In this document: in pieces, positions 18,989 to 27,925 of the stretch
Position numbering within the stretch: position 1 is the stretch's first letter
Layout of the letters: each line of letters starts with the position of its first letter
Origin: Syntrophobacterales bacterium
GTDB taxonomy: Bacteria; Desulfobacterota; Syntrophobacteria; BM002
Assembly (NCBI GenBank): GCA_050124835.1
Contig: JASFEM010000006.1
Location: 6,110 to 70,109, forward strand
Length of the DNA stretch: 64,000 bases
Direction of reading: 5' to 3'
Made by a program: the position numbers and the translations under genes
Notes under the pieces: model-generated
Seen by the model: only the letters and a program-made list of their open reading frames with translations
Told to the model about the DNA's origin: nothing
Databases searched by the model: none

Positions 18989-19021
18989 AAAAAAGGCGGC
19001 CTGCGGGCCGCCTTTTTTTTT
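18989..19021 (+). terminator. Intrinsic terminator, probably bidirectional
   Basis: AAAAAAGGCGGCC-TGCG-GGCCGCCTTTTTTTTT hairpin with A-run before and T-run after. Confidence 0.85.
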
Positions 19022-19382
19022 GACCCCCATAATGGTGTTTGTAAATCCTCGTGAAAGTAAGTGCCACGAAATGCAGAGCGAGATTACGGCTAAATGGCGT
19101 ACTGGAGTGTTGGGAATGGTTTGAACTTGCTACAGGTAATATATTCTATAACGCCACTCCACCATAGATTCTCTATCCGGTTTGAGGATAAACTTGGAGG
19201 CCGATCGCGGCTTCTATCCCTGAGTGCCAACGGAAATACCTTGCCCTTCAAGGCAAAACTCCATAAAATGCGGGAATACCGAAGAAAAGTACCCTCGATT
19301 GAGATACGAGAATAGCGGTTGATGCTTTACCCTATGACAAATAACTTTCGATTGAGTGTTATCGCTTAATCGAGGAAATAGT

Positions 19383-21173
19383 ATGGCAGAGCAAGGTCGT
19401 TGGACATCTTTTTTCCGCTATTTGAGAGAGCATACTATCTCGCGCTGGATGCTCTATAGTCTAGTCATCGGTCTGGTTGCGGGGTTGGGCGCTGCTGCCT
19501 TTTTTTTCTCACTGGAATGGCTCAAGTACTTTGTCTTGGATTACCTGGCCGGCTATCCCATGGAGCCGCCAGCAGGCGAACGAATAGTTCACAACATGCC
19601 TCATGGCTCACCAAAAGCCTGGCTTCTGTTCCTTGTTCCTGCTATCGGTGGCTTGCTCTCGGGCCTTGCCGTCTACACTTGGGCACCTGAGGCCGAAGGT
19701 CATGGCACCGATGCCATGATAGACGCCTTCCATAATAAGCAAGGTGAGATCCGTACCCGGGTGCCATATATCAAAAGCGCGGCGTCGGTCATCACCCTTG
19801 CTACGGGCGGAAGCGCAGGCCGCGAAGGTCCCATTGCTCAAATTGGTGCTGGCTTCGGATCATGGCTTGGTCGCGTGTTCAACCTAACCGCTAAGGAACG
19901 GCGAATCCTTTTGTTGGCAGGATGCGCCGGCGGTCTGGGCGCTATTTTTCGAGCTCCTCTCGGTGGTGCCATTACCAGCATAGAGGTGCTTTACACGGAA
20001 GACTTCGAGAGCGACGCCATCATCCCGTGTATCATGAGTTCAGTGGTGGCCTATTCATCCTTTACCTTTATTTTTGGACACCAGCCCATTTTTGCCACAC
20101 CAACCTGGACGTTTACCGATCCTCGAGAACTGTTGCTCTACGCGGTTCTAGGCCTGGTATGCGTCCCGGTAGGCTGGGTTTACTCCCGCTCGCTCTATGG
20201 GCTCAGGGACCATTTTTTCAGGCGGATTCCCATCAAGCCCCACTTTGTCCCTGCCATAGGTGGCCTGCTTGTGGGCTGCATAGGCCTTTTAACCCCCAGG
20301 GTACTCAGTGGTGGCTACGGCACCATTCAGCTTGCTCTGCTGGGGAAACTTTCTGTGGGGTTGATGGCGGTGATGGTTCTGACCAAGATTTTTGCCACCT
20401 CCTTTACCATTGGTTCGGGAGGTAGTGGCGGCGTCTTCGGACCCTCGCTTTTTATAGGTGCCATGCTGGGCGGCGTGGTGGGACAGCTGGGCAGTCAATA
20501 TTTTCCAGAGGTAGTCAGTCATCCAACCGCCTTTGCTTTGGTGGGAATGGCGGCATTTTTTGCTGGGGTGGCAAAAGCTCCAATCGGCGCTCTGCTGATG
20601 GTCTCAGAGATGACCCGAGGTTATGGACTCGTGGTGCCGCTGATGTTTGTTTCTGCTATCCCCGTAATCCTGTCTGGTCGTTGGGGTATCTATGAAAAGC
20701 AGGTCAAGAACAAATTCGCCTCTCCTGCGCACCTGGCAGACTTAACTATCAATGTCTTACAAAACATACAGGTGCGAGACATCTACAGGCCAGAAAAGCC
20801 GCTAACCATGCTTCCCATGGACATGCGTCTCAAAGAGATGAAGCGTCTGATGACCCTGACTAGAGAGTCCTTCTTCCCAGTGGTGGACGAAGAAATCCGT
20901 TTGGTGGGAATCTTGTCGTTTCCCGACATGAGAGCTATTCTTTTTGAGGATGCCTTGTCGGATCTGATCGTTGTGGGAGACCTGGCAGAAAAACCCGTGG
21001 CCATAGGTCTCAATGAAACTCTCTACGAGGCTTTGATCAAATTCGTTCGTAGTGGATACGGACTGCTTCCCATTTTAGAGGATGAGAGGTCTGGGCGGCT
21101 GGCTGGAGCTCTGAGTCTGGAGGAACTCATGAACGCTTATCACCAGGAAATGGTCCGGGCGGAAGCGGGATAG
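19383..21173 (+). CDS. ClC chloride channel/antiporter with C-terminal CBS pair
   Basis: GHGT, GSAGREGP, GGVFGPSLFIG signature motifs; CBS domains (FFPVVDEE...GILS, LLPILE). Start set to ATG 19383 after GAGGA. Confidence 0.9.
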   Translation: MAEQGRWTSFFRYLREHTISRWMLYSLVIGLVAGLGAAAFFFSLEWLKYFVLDYLAGYPMEPPAGERIVHNMPHGSPKAWLLFLVPAIGGLLSGLAVYTWAPEAEGHGTDAMIDAFHNKQGEIRTRVPYIKSAASVITLATGGSAGREGPIAQIGAGFGSWLGRVFNLTAKERRILLLAGCAGGLGAIFRAPLGGAITSIEVLYTEDFESDAIIPCIMSSVVAYSSFTFIFGHQPIFATPTWTFTDPRELLLYAVLGLVCVPVGWVYSRSLYGLRDHFFRRIPIKPHFVPAIGGLLVGCIGLLTPRVLSGGYGTIQLALLGKLSVGLMAVMVLTKIFATSFTIGSGGSGGVFGPSLFIGAMLGGVVGQLGSQYFPEVVSHPTAFALVGMAAFFAGVAKAPIGALLMVSEMTRGYGLVVPLMFVSAIPVILSGRWGIYEKQVKNKFASPAHLADLTINVLQNIQVRDIYRPEKPLTMLPMDMRLKEMKRLMTLTRESFFPVVDEEIRLVGILSFPDMRAILFEDALSDLIVVGDLAEKPVAIGLNETLYEALIKFVRSGYGLLPILEDERSGRLAGALSLEELMNAYHQEMVRAEAG

Positions 21174-21238
21174 CCCCTTAACTGAAAGAATCCAGGTCCA
21201 GAGGAACTGGAAGTCCCCGGGCTGCCGTTGAATGTAAT

Positions 21239-21278
21239 TGGAGTAGTGGAATAATGGAATAATGGCATGATGGAGTTG
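21239..21278. repeat. Octamer array (TGGARTAR)
   Basis: tggagtag tggaataa tggaataa tggcatga tggagttg. Confidence 0.75.
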
Positions 21279-21309
21279 GGCAGAAAGACGTATGGAGGAG
21301 TTCAGCGTT

Positions 21310-21825
21310 ATGGATGGGAGGCGGCCATTCACACTTCTTGAAAAAAGAATTATCCATGAGTTGCAGCAAGACCTGCCGGTTGTGAAGCGACCCTTTGCTG
21401 CTGTGGCCAAGCGACTTGGAATAAGCGAGACTGAACTACTCGAAAAGGTTCGTGAATTGGTGGCTGACGGGACTATCCGACGCTTTGGGGCTACACTCAG
21501 ACACCAGCGTTCTGGATTCGAAGCAAACGCTATGGTGGTGTGGGAGGTGGAACCTGAAAGGGCCGAACAAGTGGGAAGTATTTTTGCCTCCTGCCGCGAA
21601 GTAACCCACTGCTACCAGCGACCTGCAAAGCCAGATTGGCCCTACCGCATCTTCACCATGATTCACGCACCTTCGCCAAAAGGATGTCGGCAGATCGCCA
21701 AAAAGATGGCTAAAGCAGCCGGACTCAAAAAGTATGATCTCCTTTATACCGAGGAGGAGTTGAAGAAAACAACGATGGCCTACTTCAGTGAGTCTGAAGC
21801 GGACACCCATAAGGATAATAGGTAA
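21310..21825 (+). CDS. Lrp/AsnC-like siroheme decarboxylase beta subunit (AhbB/NirDL-like)
   Basis: LQQDLPVVKRPF, IRRFGATLRHQRSGF.ANAMVVW, VTHCYQRP..PDWPY.IFTMIH, ELKKTTMAYF; adjacent to hemL. Confidence 0.8.
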   Translation: MDGRRPFTLLEKRIIHELQQDLPVVKRPFAAVAKRLGISETELLEKVRELVADGTIRRFGATLRHQRSGFEANAMVVWEVEPERAEQVGSIFASCREVTHCYQRPAKPDWPYRIFTMIHAPSPKGCRQIAKKMAKAAGLKKYDLLYTEEELKKTTMAYFSESEADTHKDNR

Positions 21826-22009
21826 AAGGTGAGCGTAAGGCATCACTAAGTCATTTGGCTTCGCCGTCATTTGGTCATTAAGTCATTAGGTCGTAGCGAT
21901 GAATATCTACTAATGACAGAAATGTAGGGTGGGCATTTCCCACCGACAAAGCCAATGCAAAATGATAAATGTGAAATGATAAATTAGAAATGCCTCGGAG
22001 GAGAACGCA

Positions 22010-23293
22010 ATGGTTCAAGTTAGTAGCGATAAATTGTATCGGCAGGCCGAAGAAGTGATCCCTGGTGGAGTGAATAGCCCGGTACGTTCCTGTCGAGCCG
22101 TGGGTACTAACCCTTTGTTTGTCACGAAGGGGCAGGGGTCAAAAATTTACGATGTGGACGGCAATGCTTACATCGATTATGTGGGCTCCTGGGGCCCGCT
22201 CATCCTCGGTCACGCACATCCAGAGGTGGTGGCTGCTATTAAGGCTGCTGCTGACAACGGAACCAGCTTCGGTATCCCCACCACCATGGAAGTTGAACTT
22301 GCCCAAATGATCTCTCAAATAGTGCCTTCCATGGAGATGGTGCGCATGGTGAATTCGGGCACGGAGGCCACCATGAGCGCCATCCGGTTAGCACGCGGCT
22401 ACACGGGTAGAAGCAAGATTATCAAGTTTGACGGCTGCTACCATGGTCATGCGGACTCACTGCTGGTCAAGGCGGGCTCAGGTGCCGCGACTCTGGGTAT
22501 ACCAGGGAGTGCCGGAGTCCCGAAGGATTTTGCCAAACACACCCTGTCTTTGAGGTTCAACGACTTGGGGCAGGTGGCAACGGTGATGCAGAGCCAAGCA
22601 GAGGACGTTGCTGCCATTATCATCGAGCCAGTGGCTGGAAATATGGGAGTGGTGATTCCCAGGCAAGATTTCCTCGAAGGTCTCAGGTTCTGGTGCGATG
22701 AAACCGGAGCCTTACTCATTTTCGATGAGGTTATGACCGGTTTCCGAGTAGCGCTGGGCGGGGCACAGTCTCTATATGGGGTGCGCCCGGATCTCACTTG
22801 TCTGGGTAAGGTCATCGGGGGTGGACTGCCTGTGGGTGCCTACGGAGGGCGGCGGGATGTAATGAGCAAGGTGGCTCCTCTGGGAGAGGTTTACCAGGCT
22901 GGTACCCTCTCAGGCAACCCTCTGGCTGTAACGGCTGGGATGACAACCCTGAAGTTGCTCACTAAACCTGGTGTTTACGACGAACTTGAGGAACGTTCCG
23001 CTTACCTATTTGATGAAATGAGCCGGCTAGCAGCGAAACATGAATTGCCATCAAGCATGAATAGAGTGGGGTCTATGGGGAGTCTTTTTTTCACAGACCA
23101 ACCCGTGATAGATTTTGACTCCGCTCAGACTTCAGACACCCAAAGATTCGCCCGCATGTTCTGCGCCATGCTGGCGCGGGGTGTTTATCTGGCTCCTTCA
23201 CAATTCGAAGCGGCCTTTGTCAGTCTAGCCCACGACCAAAAGGACATCGATAAAACGCTGGCGGCAGCGGACGAAACGTTTAAAGAAATATAG
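22010..23293 (+). CDS. hemL: Glutamate-1-semialdehyde 2,1-aminomutase
   Basis: [63 protein letters not shown]. Confidence 0.98.
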   Translation: MVQVSSDKLYRQAEEVIPGGVNSPVRSCRAVGTNPLFVTKGQGSKIYDVDGNAYIDYVGSWGPLILGHAHPEVVAAIKAAADNGTSFGIPTTMEVELAQMISQIVPSMEMVRMVNSGTEATMSAIRLARGYTGRSKIIKFDGCYHGHADSLLVKAGSGAATLGIPGSAGVPKDFAKHTLSLRFNDLGQVATVMQSQAEDVAAIIIEPVAGNMGVVIPRQDFLEGLRFWCDETGALLIFDEVMTGFRVALGGAQSLYGVRPDLTCLGKVIGGGLPVGAYGGRRDVMSKVAPLGEVYQAGTLSGNPLAVTAGMTTLKLLTKPGVYDELEERSAYLFDEMSRLAAKHELPSSMNRVGSMGSLFFTDQPVIDFDSAQTSDTQRFARMFCAMLARGVYLAPSQFEAAFVSLAHDQKDIDKTLAAADETFKEI

Positions 23294-23309
23294 CAGACAG
23301 GGAAATGTT

Positions 23310-23462
23310 ACGGATTGCGGATTGCAGATTTTAGATTTTAGATTGCAGATTTAAGAATTTCGGGTTTGGGATTTCGGATTGCGAATTTCGAATTTAAGAA
23401 AAGGTATCTGTTCCCTTGACCCTTGACCCTTCACTCTTCACGATTCACCCCTCACCCCTTAC
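23310..23462. repeat. Composite heptamer cassette between hemL and atp
   Basis: Long (GATTKCR) array, linker TTAAGAAAAGGTATCTGTTCC, then (CCTTGAC/CCTTCAC) array. Confidence 0.85.
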
Positions 23463-23534
23463 TGTCACTCATTTGCGAACGCAATTCTTTTCACAAAAAA
23501 AAGTTGACTTTACTAAAGTGCTGTGGTACGAGGT

Positions 23535-23552
23535 ACGTGAAGTTTTACACGA
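23535..23552 (+). promoter_or_regulatory. Candidate Rex operator upstream of the atp Fo genes
   Basis: ACGTGAAGTTTTACACGA resembles TTGTGAA-N4-TTCACAA; just downstream of TTGACT at 23504-09; rex lies 2 kb downstream. Confidence 0.55.
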
Positions 23553-23624
23553 ACTCAAATACTGCTTCTAAGCAGGTATTTTTTTGGGCAGGTGGGCAAG
23601 GCCAGGCAGAGAGGGGTGGACTTC

Positions 23625-23846
23625 ATGAAGGAAGACACCAAGAAAGCTCTCAAGCTGGTTGGGCTCGCCAGCACTCTGGGACTCACCATTGTCATCGCCA
23701 CCTTTATTGGCTTGGCTGTGGGACTCTGGTTAGACAGAGTGTTCAATACCAGCCCGTGGCTAACCGTCATCTTTCTCATACTCGGTATTATTGCAGGATT
23801 TCGCAACTTCTACCGTTTCATGACTAAGCGCGCTAAGGAGGAGTGA
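23625..23846 (+). CDS. AtpZ/AtpI-family small membrane protein
   Basis: Two TM helices, GLWLDRVFNTSPWL...LGIIAGFRN motif; first gene of the atp block. Confidence 0.85.
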   Translation: MKEDTKKALKLVGLASTLGLTIVIATFIGLAVGLWLDRVFNTSPWLTVIFLILGIIAGFRNFYRFMTKRAKEE

Positions 23847-23869
23847 GGGTCGTTTCTGGCCCGGCCACC

Positions 23870-24268
23870 ATGCTTCTAAAGGATGAGGCCCTTCTTAAAC
23901 GAATAGAGCAATTCAATTGGATCCTGCTGGCACTTCTCACCAGCGGTAGTTTCGCCTTTTTTTCCCGCAAGTTTGCCCTAGGAGTACTGGTTGGTGGAGT
24001 GCTTTCAATCGCCAATTTCTATCTGATGAAGCGGAGTCTGCTCAGGGCCCTTGATCCTGAGAGAAAAGGAAAGACCCGCTTCGTTTATCTGTTGAAGTAT
24101 TACCTGCGATTTGCGGTTCTGGGCATCATCATTGCGCTGTTGCTGATCAAGGGGTGGGTGAGCCCCTTTGGTATGCTGTTAGGTTTATCCATAATCGTTA
24201 TCGGTATTGCGCTGGTGGGTCTTGACGAAGCGCGTAAATCCTTTTTCAACTTCAAGGGGGTAGTCTAG
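23870..24268 (+). CDS. atpI: ATP synthase subunit I
   Basis: Four TM helices with LGVLVGGVLSIANF and KYYLRF motifs; precedes atpB. Start refined from 23843. Confidence 0.8.
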   Translation: MLLKDEALLKRIEQFNWILLALLTSGSFAFFSRKFALGVLVGGVLSIANFYLMKRSLLRALDPERKGKTRFVYLLKYYLRFAVLGIIIALLLIKGWVSPFGMLLGLSIIVIGIALVGLDEARKSFFNFKGVV

Positions 24269-24271
24269 GTT

Positions 24272-24994
24272 ATGGAACACCCGATTATCTTTCTGAATCT
24301 TCTTTTTGAAGCACTTGGTCTTCCCATTGTCCACGATTTTGCTGAAGCGCACACCTTGCTGGAGAAGCTGCTCCTGCCATATGTGACCTACACCTGGCTA
24401 GTCATGATCTTTCTGGTGGTCGTGGTAAAGCTGACCGTCCGCCGCATCGAACTCGTGCCGCAGGGTGGCCAGAACTTCTTCGAGGTGGTGATCAGCGGTA
24501 TTGAGGAATTCATGGTGGGAGTTACCGGAGAAGAGGGCCGCTACCTGTTCCCCCTTATAGGCACACTGGCATTTTTCATTCTTATCAGCAATTACCTGGG
24601 AATGGTTCCAGGCATGTTCGGCCCCACCGCCAATGTCAACACCACCTTGGCGTGTGCCATTATCGTGGTCTTTTACACCCACGTAATCGGAGTCAAGTTC
24701 CACGGGCCAAAATACGTAAAACATTTTATGGGCCCCATTTGGTGGCTATCACCCCTCATCTTCGTTGTTGAGGTAATCGGTCATCTTGCCCGCGTTCTCA
24801 GTCTATCCATCCGACTTTTCGGCAACATCTTCGGCGAAGAACTGGTGCTCGCCATTTTAATGTTTCTGGCGGGTCTTTACCTTGCACCCCTGCCGGTGAT
24901 GTTCTTGGGTCTGTTTACCGGCGGCGTGCAGGCCTTTATCTTTTGCTTGCTTTCCATGATGTACTTTGCCGGAGCGATCGAGCATGCCCACTAA
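24272..24994 (+). CDS. atpB: ATP synthase Fo subunit a
   Basis: GQNFFE, PTANVNTT, LSLSIRLFGN (essential Arg), VQAFIF motifs. Confidence 0.97.
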   Translation: MEHPIIFLNLLFEALGLPIVHDFAEAHTLLEKLLLPYVTYTWLVMIFLVVVVKLTVRRIELVPQGGQNFFEVVISGIEEFMVGVTGEEGRYLFPLIGTLAFFILISNYLGMVPGMFGPTANVNTTLACAIIVVFYTHVIGVKFHGPKYVKHFMGPIWWLSPLIFVVEVIGHLARVLSLSIRLFGNIFGEELVLAILMFLAGLYLAPLPVMFLGLFTGGVQAFIFCLLSMMYFAGAIEHAH

Positions 24995-25114
24995 AGATTT
25001 GTGGTGATGCCTCTGGTCCGATGTGGGCTAGGCAAGCAGAAGCAAAAAACTTGGGAAGAAGGTCGTAATAGGAAGAAGGCCAACAAATAATTACAAACAA
25101 GGAGGGCTTTTTGC

Positions 25115-25489
25115 ATGAAGAGGAAAGTGCTGTTTCTGACTCTGGTACTGGTTCTGGGTTTCGCCGCTTTAGCGTTTGCGGCTGAGGCGACAGAAGCTGA
25201 GAAGGTTGTGGGCCTCAGGTTCTTCCTGTACTCCGCCGTGGCAGCTGGCTTCTCCATTGCCATCTCCTCAATCGGCTGTGGTCTGGCCCAGGGGATCTCC
25301 ATCAAGAGTTCGGTGGAAGGTGTAGCCCGAAATCCGGAGGCTTCCGGAAAGATAACCGTAACCATGATGATTGGTCTGGCGATGATCGAGTCTCTTTGTA
25401 TTTATACCCTGGTTATCTGCCTGATTCTCATCTACGCCAACCCGGTGTCCAAGCTCATCCAGGGCTTCGTAGGACTTGTTGCTCACTAA
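25115..25489 (+). CDS. atpE: ATP synthase Fo subunit c with N-terminal leader
   Basis: GCGLAQG, EGVARNPEA, GLAMIESLCIY; strong AGGAGG SD. Confidence 0.95.
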   Translation: MKRKVLFLTLVLVLGFAALAFAAEATEAEKVVGLRFFLYSAVAAGFSIAISSIGCGLAQGISIKSSVEGVARNPEASGKITVTMMIGLAMIESLCIYTLVICLILIYANPVSKLIQGFVGLVAH

Positions 25490-25510
25490 GAGTTTAACTT
25501 GAGACCGTCA

Positions 25511-25547
25511 GCGAGGGATTGGCCGCAAGCGTGGGTCAATCCCTTGC
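25511..25547 (+). other. 14-bp stem-loop after atpE (terminator or mRNA stabiliser)
   Basis: GCGAGGGATTGGCC / GGTCAATCCCTTGC arms (two G-U pairs), 9-nt loop, no U tract. Confidence 0.5.
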
Positions 25548-25682
25548 TCACCCTCAGAGAAGGATCGGCTGGCCTGCCTGCCAGATTTCAGCTGGTTGCG
25601 ACTGCTTCTGCCCGGTTTTTGCAGGGGGAAGTGGAGTAAGGTCGTAATAATTTTTGTTGATTTGCAGAAGGAATCTTAGGTT

Positions 25683-26321
25683 ATGATGAAGTTCGCCAAA
25701 ATTCCTATGGCTACAATTAACCGCCTGTCCATCTACCTTAGAAATCTCGACGAATTGATGGCAAATGACGTGGAGGTAATTTCCTCGGAGCGACTTGCCA
25801 AACAGTGTGGGGTGAATCCAGCCCAGATTCGGAAGGATCTCGCTTACTTCGGTGAATTTGGTGTGCGAGGTGTCGGCTACCGGGTCAAAGATCTCTACGA
25901 TCAGATCAAAGAAATACTCGGCCTCAACCGTCCGTGGAACATGGCACTGTTCGGTGTGGGCAACCTGGGCTCAGCCCTTATCCGACACGCCAACTTTCTG
26001 AAACACGGATACGAGTTCGTGGCTGCCTTCGATGTGGATCCCGAGAAGATCGGCAAGACGCTGCCCAACGGCCTCGTCATCGAACACGTGGACCGCTTTG
26101 AGGAAGTGGTTAAAGAGCGGAACGTTGAAATGGGAATCATCGCTGTGCCACCTGCCAGCGCACAGAGTGTAGCTAATCAGCTTATTCTGGCTGGGATCAA
26201 CGGCATTTTGAACTTCTCTCCGGTGCAGATTCAGGTTCCCGACTGCTGCCGAGTGGAGAATGTGGACTTCTCAATCAAGCTAGACAATCTCGCCTACCAT
26301 ATTTCTTCATCCACCACCTAG
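25683..26321 (+). CDS. rex: Redox-sensing transcriptional repressor Rex
   Basis: ATINRLSIY, ISSERLA, QIRKDLAYFGEFGVRGVGY, GVGNLGSAL, ILNFSPV. Confidence 0.96.
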   Translation: MMKFAKIPMATINRLSIYLRNLDELMANDVEVISSERLAKQCGVNPAQIRKDLAYFGEFGVRGVGYRVKDLYDQIKEILGLNRPWNMALFGVGNLGSALIRHANFLKHGYEFVAAFDVDPEKIGKTLPNGLVIEHVDRFEEVVKERNVEMGIIAVPPASAQSVANQLILAGINGILNFSPVQIQVPDCCRVENVDFSIKLDNLAYHISSSTT

Positions 26322-26570
26322 TGGCATCTCACTATCAAAAGGGGATATACCCTTAAAGGGTGACCTATGTTGATTCAATGTTTGGTCACTAGGCTTTGCC
26401 GCCACTAGACACCACTCCTACGTCGCTCCGCTGTCATTATGCTTTGCGTCATTTCTTGGCGCTCGCCCGAGTTACTTAATGACTTCATGTCGAGAGATTA
26501 GTACCAAAAGGTGGGAAATTCTTGAAAGGGCTTCCGATACAGTTCGAATCTTTAATAAGCAGGTCTAAAT

Positions 26571-27464
26571 CTATCTTGCTATCACCATGAGTACAGAGCC
26601 TTCTATCCGCTCGGCAAGCACCTCCAAACTGTCCGAGTGCCGCGGCAACACGTCGATAACGAAGTCTTTTTTCGGCAACTGAGGGAGAAGCTTTTTGACA
26701 GAGGCAATTTTGAGGACACAGCTGGCGTTTTGCATTATGCGGATGTGCCCGTCCTCTATATCCCTGATGCCGAGCATGGAAGTGACTACCCCAACTACTT
26801 CACCGTTCATGTTCAGCAAAGGTCCGCCACTATTGCCGGGTTGAATCGGCACGGTAGTATGGTAGCTCGAAGGGTCGTCCCGCAGGCCATTTACGCTGCT
26901 AATCACACCAGTGAAGAGTTTCGGCGTCTTCCCCATGTAGTGCACCCGGGGAAATCCAATAGTGAACACGGCGGTACCCAATTTTGCCTTCGTTTTCGCT
27001 AAGGGTAAAGCCGGCGGCAGTTTCCGAGGTTCACTGACCTCTAGTAGCGCGATGTCACTGACTTCATCTCGAAGTACCGCCCGGGCAGGCAGTTCTTCGC
27101 CCAGCCTGCTGATGACGACCACGTCATTACAATCCGAAACCACGTGGTTACTCGTTACCACATAGCCGGATACGGTGGGCCAGCCCGTACCCACCAATGC
27201 TCCCCTCAATGTCTTTACTAAGGGCTTAGGGCGTCCTTCGAGGTTCAAAGCAGATTTTTTGCTCTCAATTTGTGCATGGGTTGCAGGGCTCTGCCGATTC
27301 TTGTCAGATTCATCGAACGTGTTGGCATCACTCTCGAGCCCAGCACTTATCGACTGGCGGGAAGGCGTGGGGCTTTCTGCAAGACAGTCAGCGGAAATTA
27401 GTACAAACAAGACAATAGCCAACGCTAATATCCAACCGCCTTGCCCTCTAAAGTAATGCTTCAT
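26571..27464 (-). CDS. Secreted trypsin-like (S1C-like) serine protease without PDZ
   Basis: Signal-like N-terminus; catalytic triad motifs VTSNHVV, SDIALL, PGNSGGPL. Confidence 0.85.
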   Translation of the reverse strand: MKHYFRGQGGWILALAIVLFVLISADCLAESPTPSRQSISAGLESDANTFDESDKNRQSPATHAQIESKKSALNLEGRPKPLVKTLRGALVGTGWPTVSGYVVTSNHVVSDCNDVVVISRLGEELPARAVLRDEVSDIALLEVSEPRKLPPALPLAKTKAKLGTAVFTIGFPRVHYMGKTPKLFTGVISSVNGLRDDPSSYHTTVPIQPGNSGGPLLNMNGEVVGVVTSMLGIRDIEDGHIRIMQNASCVLKIASVKKLLPQLPKKDFVIDVLPRHSDSLEVLAERIEGSVLMVIAR

Positions 27465-27840
27465 CTCTAACCCTTGTATGTCCCTGAAACCAACCTACGG
27501 GCCACCTAATTATTGAGAAATCACAAGTTGTGACCTCTAGCGGGAATAGGCCCGAGAACAATCAGCAGTGGTAGCAAAAAGCATGCCCCGGTAATTTTAG
27601 AGACGAGTATAGAGGTGGGGTAAAATCGCTAATCGTCGTTCCCTGGCCAATTCGGACCGTGGGCTACCGAGGCCTTTAAGGGAAGGCTCAAGGGTGCGCT
27701 GATTTCTCGCGGTTGACGATTTTTGTCAACGGATAACACCGGGAGCGACGATGGGACGGTAATAACTTATATAGGAAATGGGCATCAGCAACTGGGAAAT
27801 AAATGGACTGACTTTGATGAAAAACTTCCGGGAGCGCAGA

Positions 27841-27882
27841 AAAAAGCCCCCCAGGAACCGCCTTTTGGTTCCAAGGGGGCTT
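27841..27882 (-). terminator. Intrinsic terminator after the OmpA gene
   Basis: AAGCCCCC..GGAACC / GGTTCC..GGGGGCTT hairpin followed on the minus strand by a T-run. Confidence 0.65.
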
Positions 27883-27925
27883 ACTGCTTCAGCGTGGGGC
27901 CGCTCTAAGCAAGAGGCTGCGGTCT

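Noticed and set aside
27521-27533. TCACAAGTTGTGA palindrome upstream of the protease
   Set aside because: Single short palindrome with no second copy or matching regulator; could be chance.
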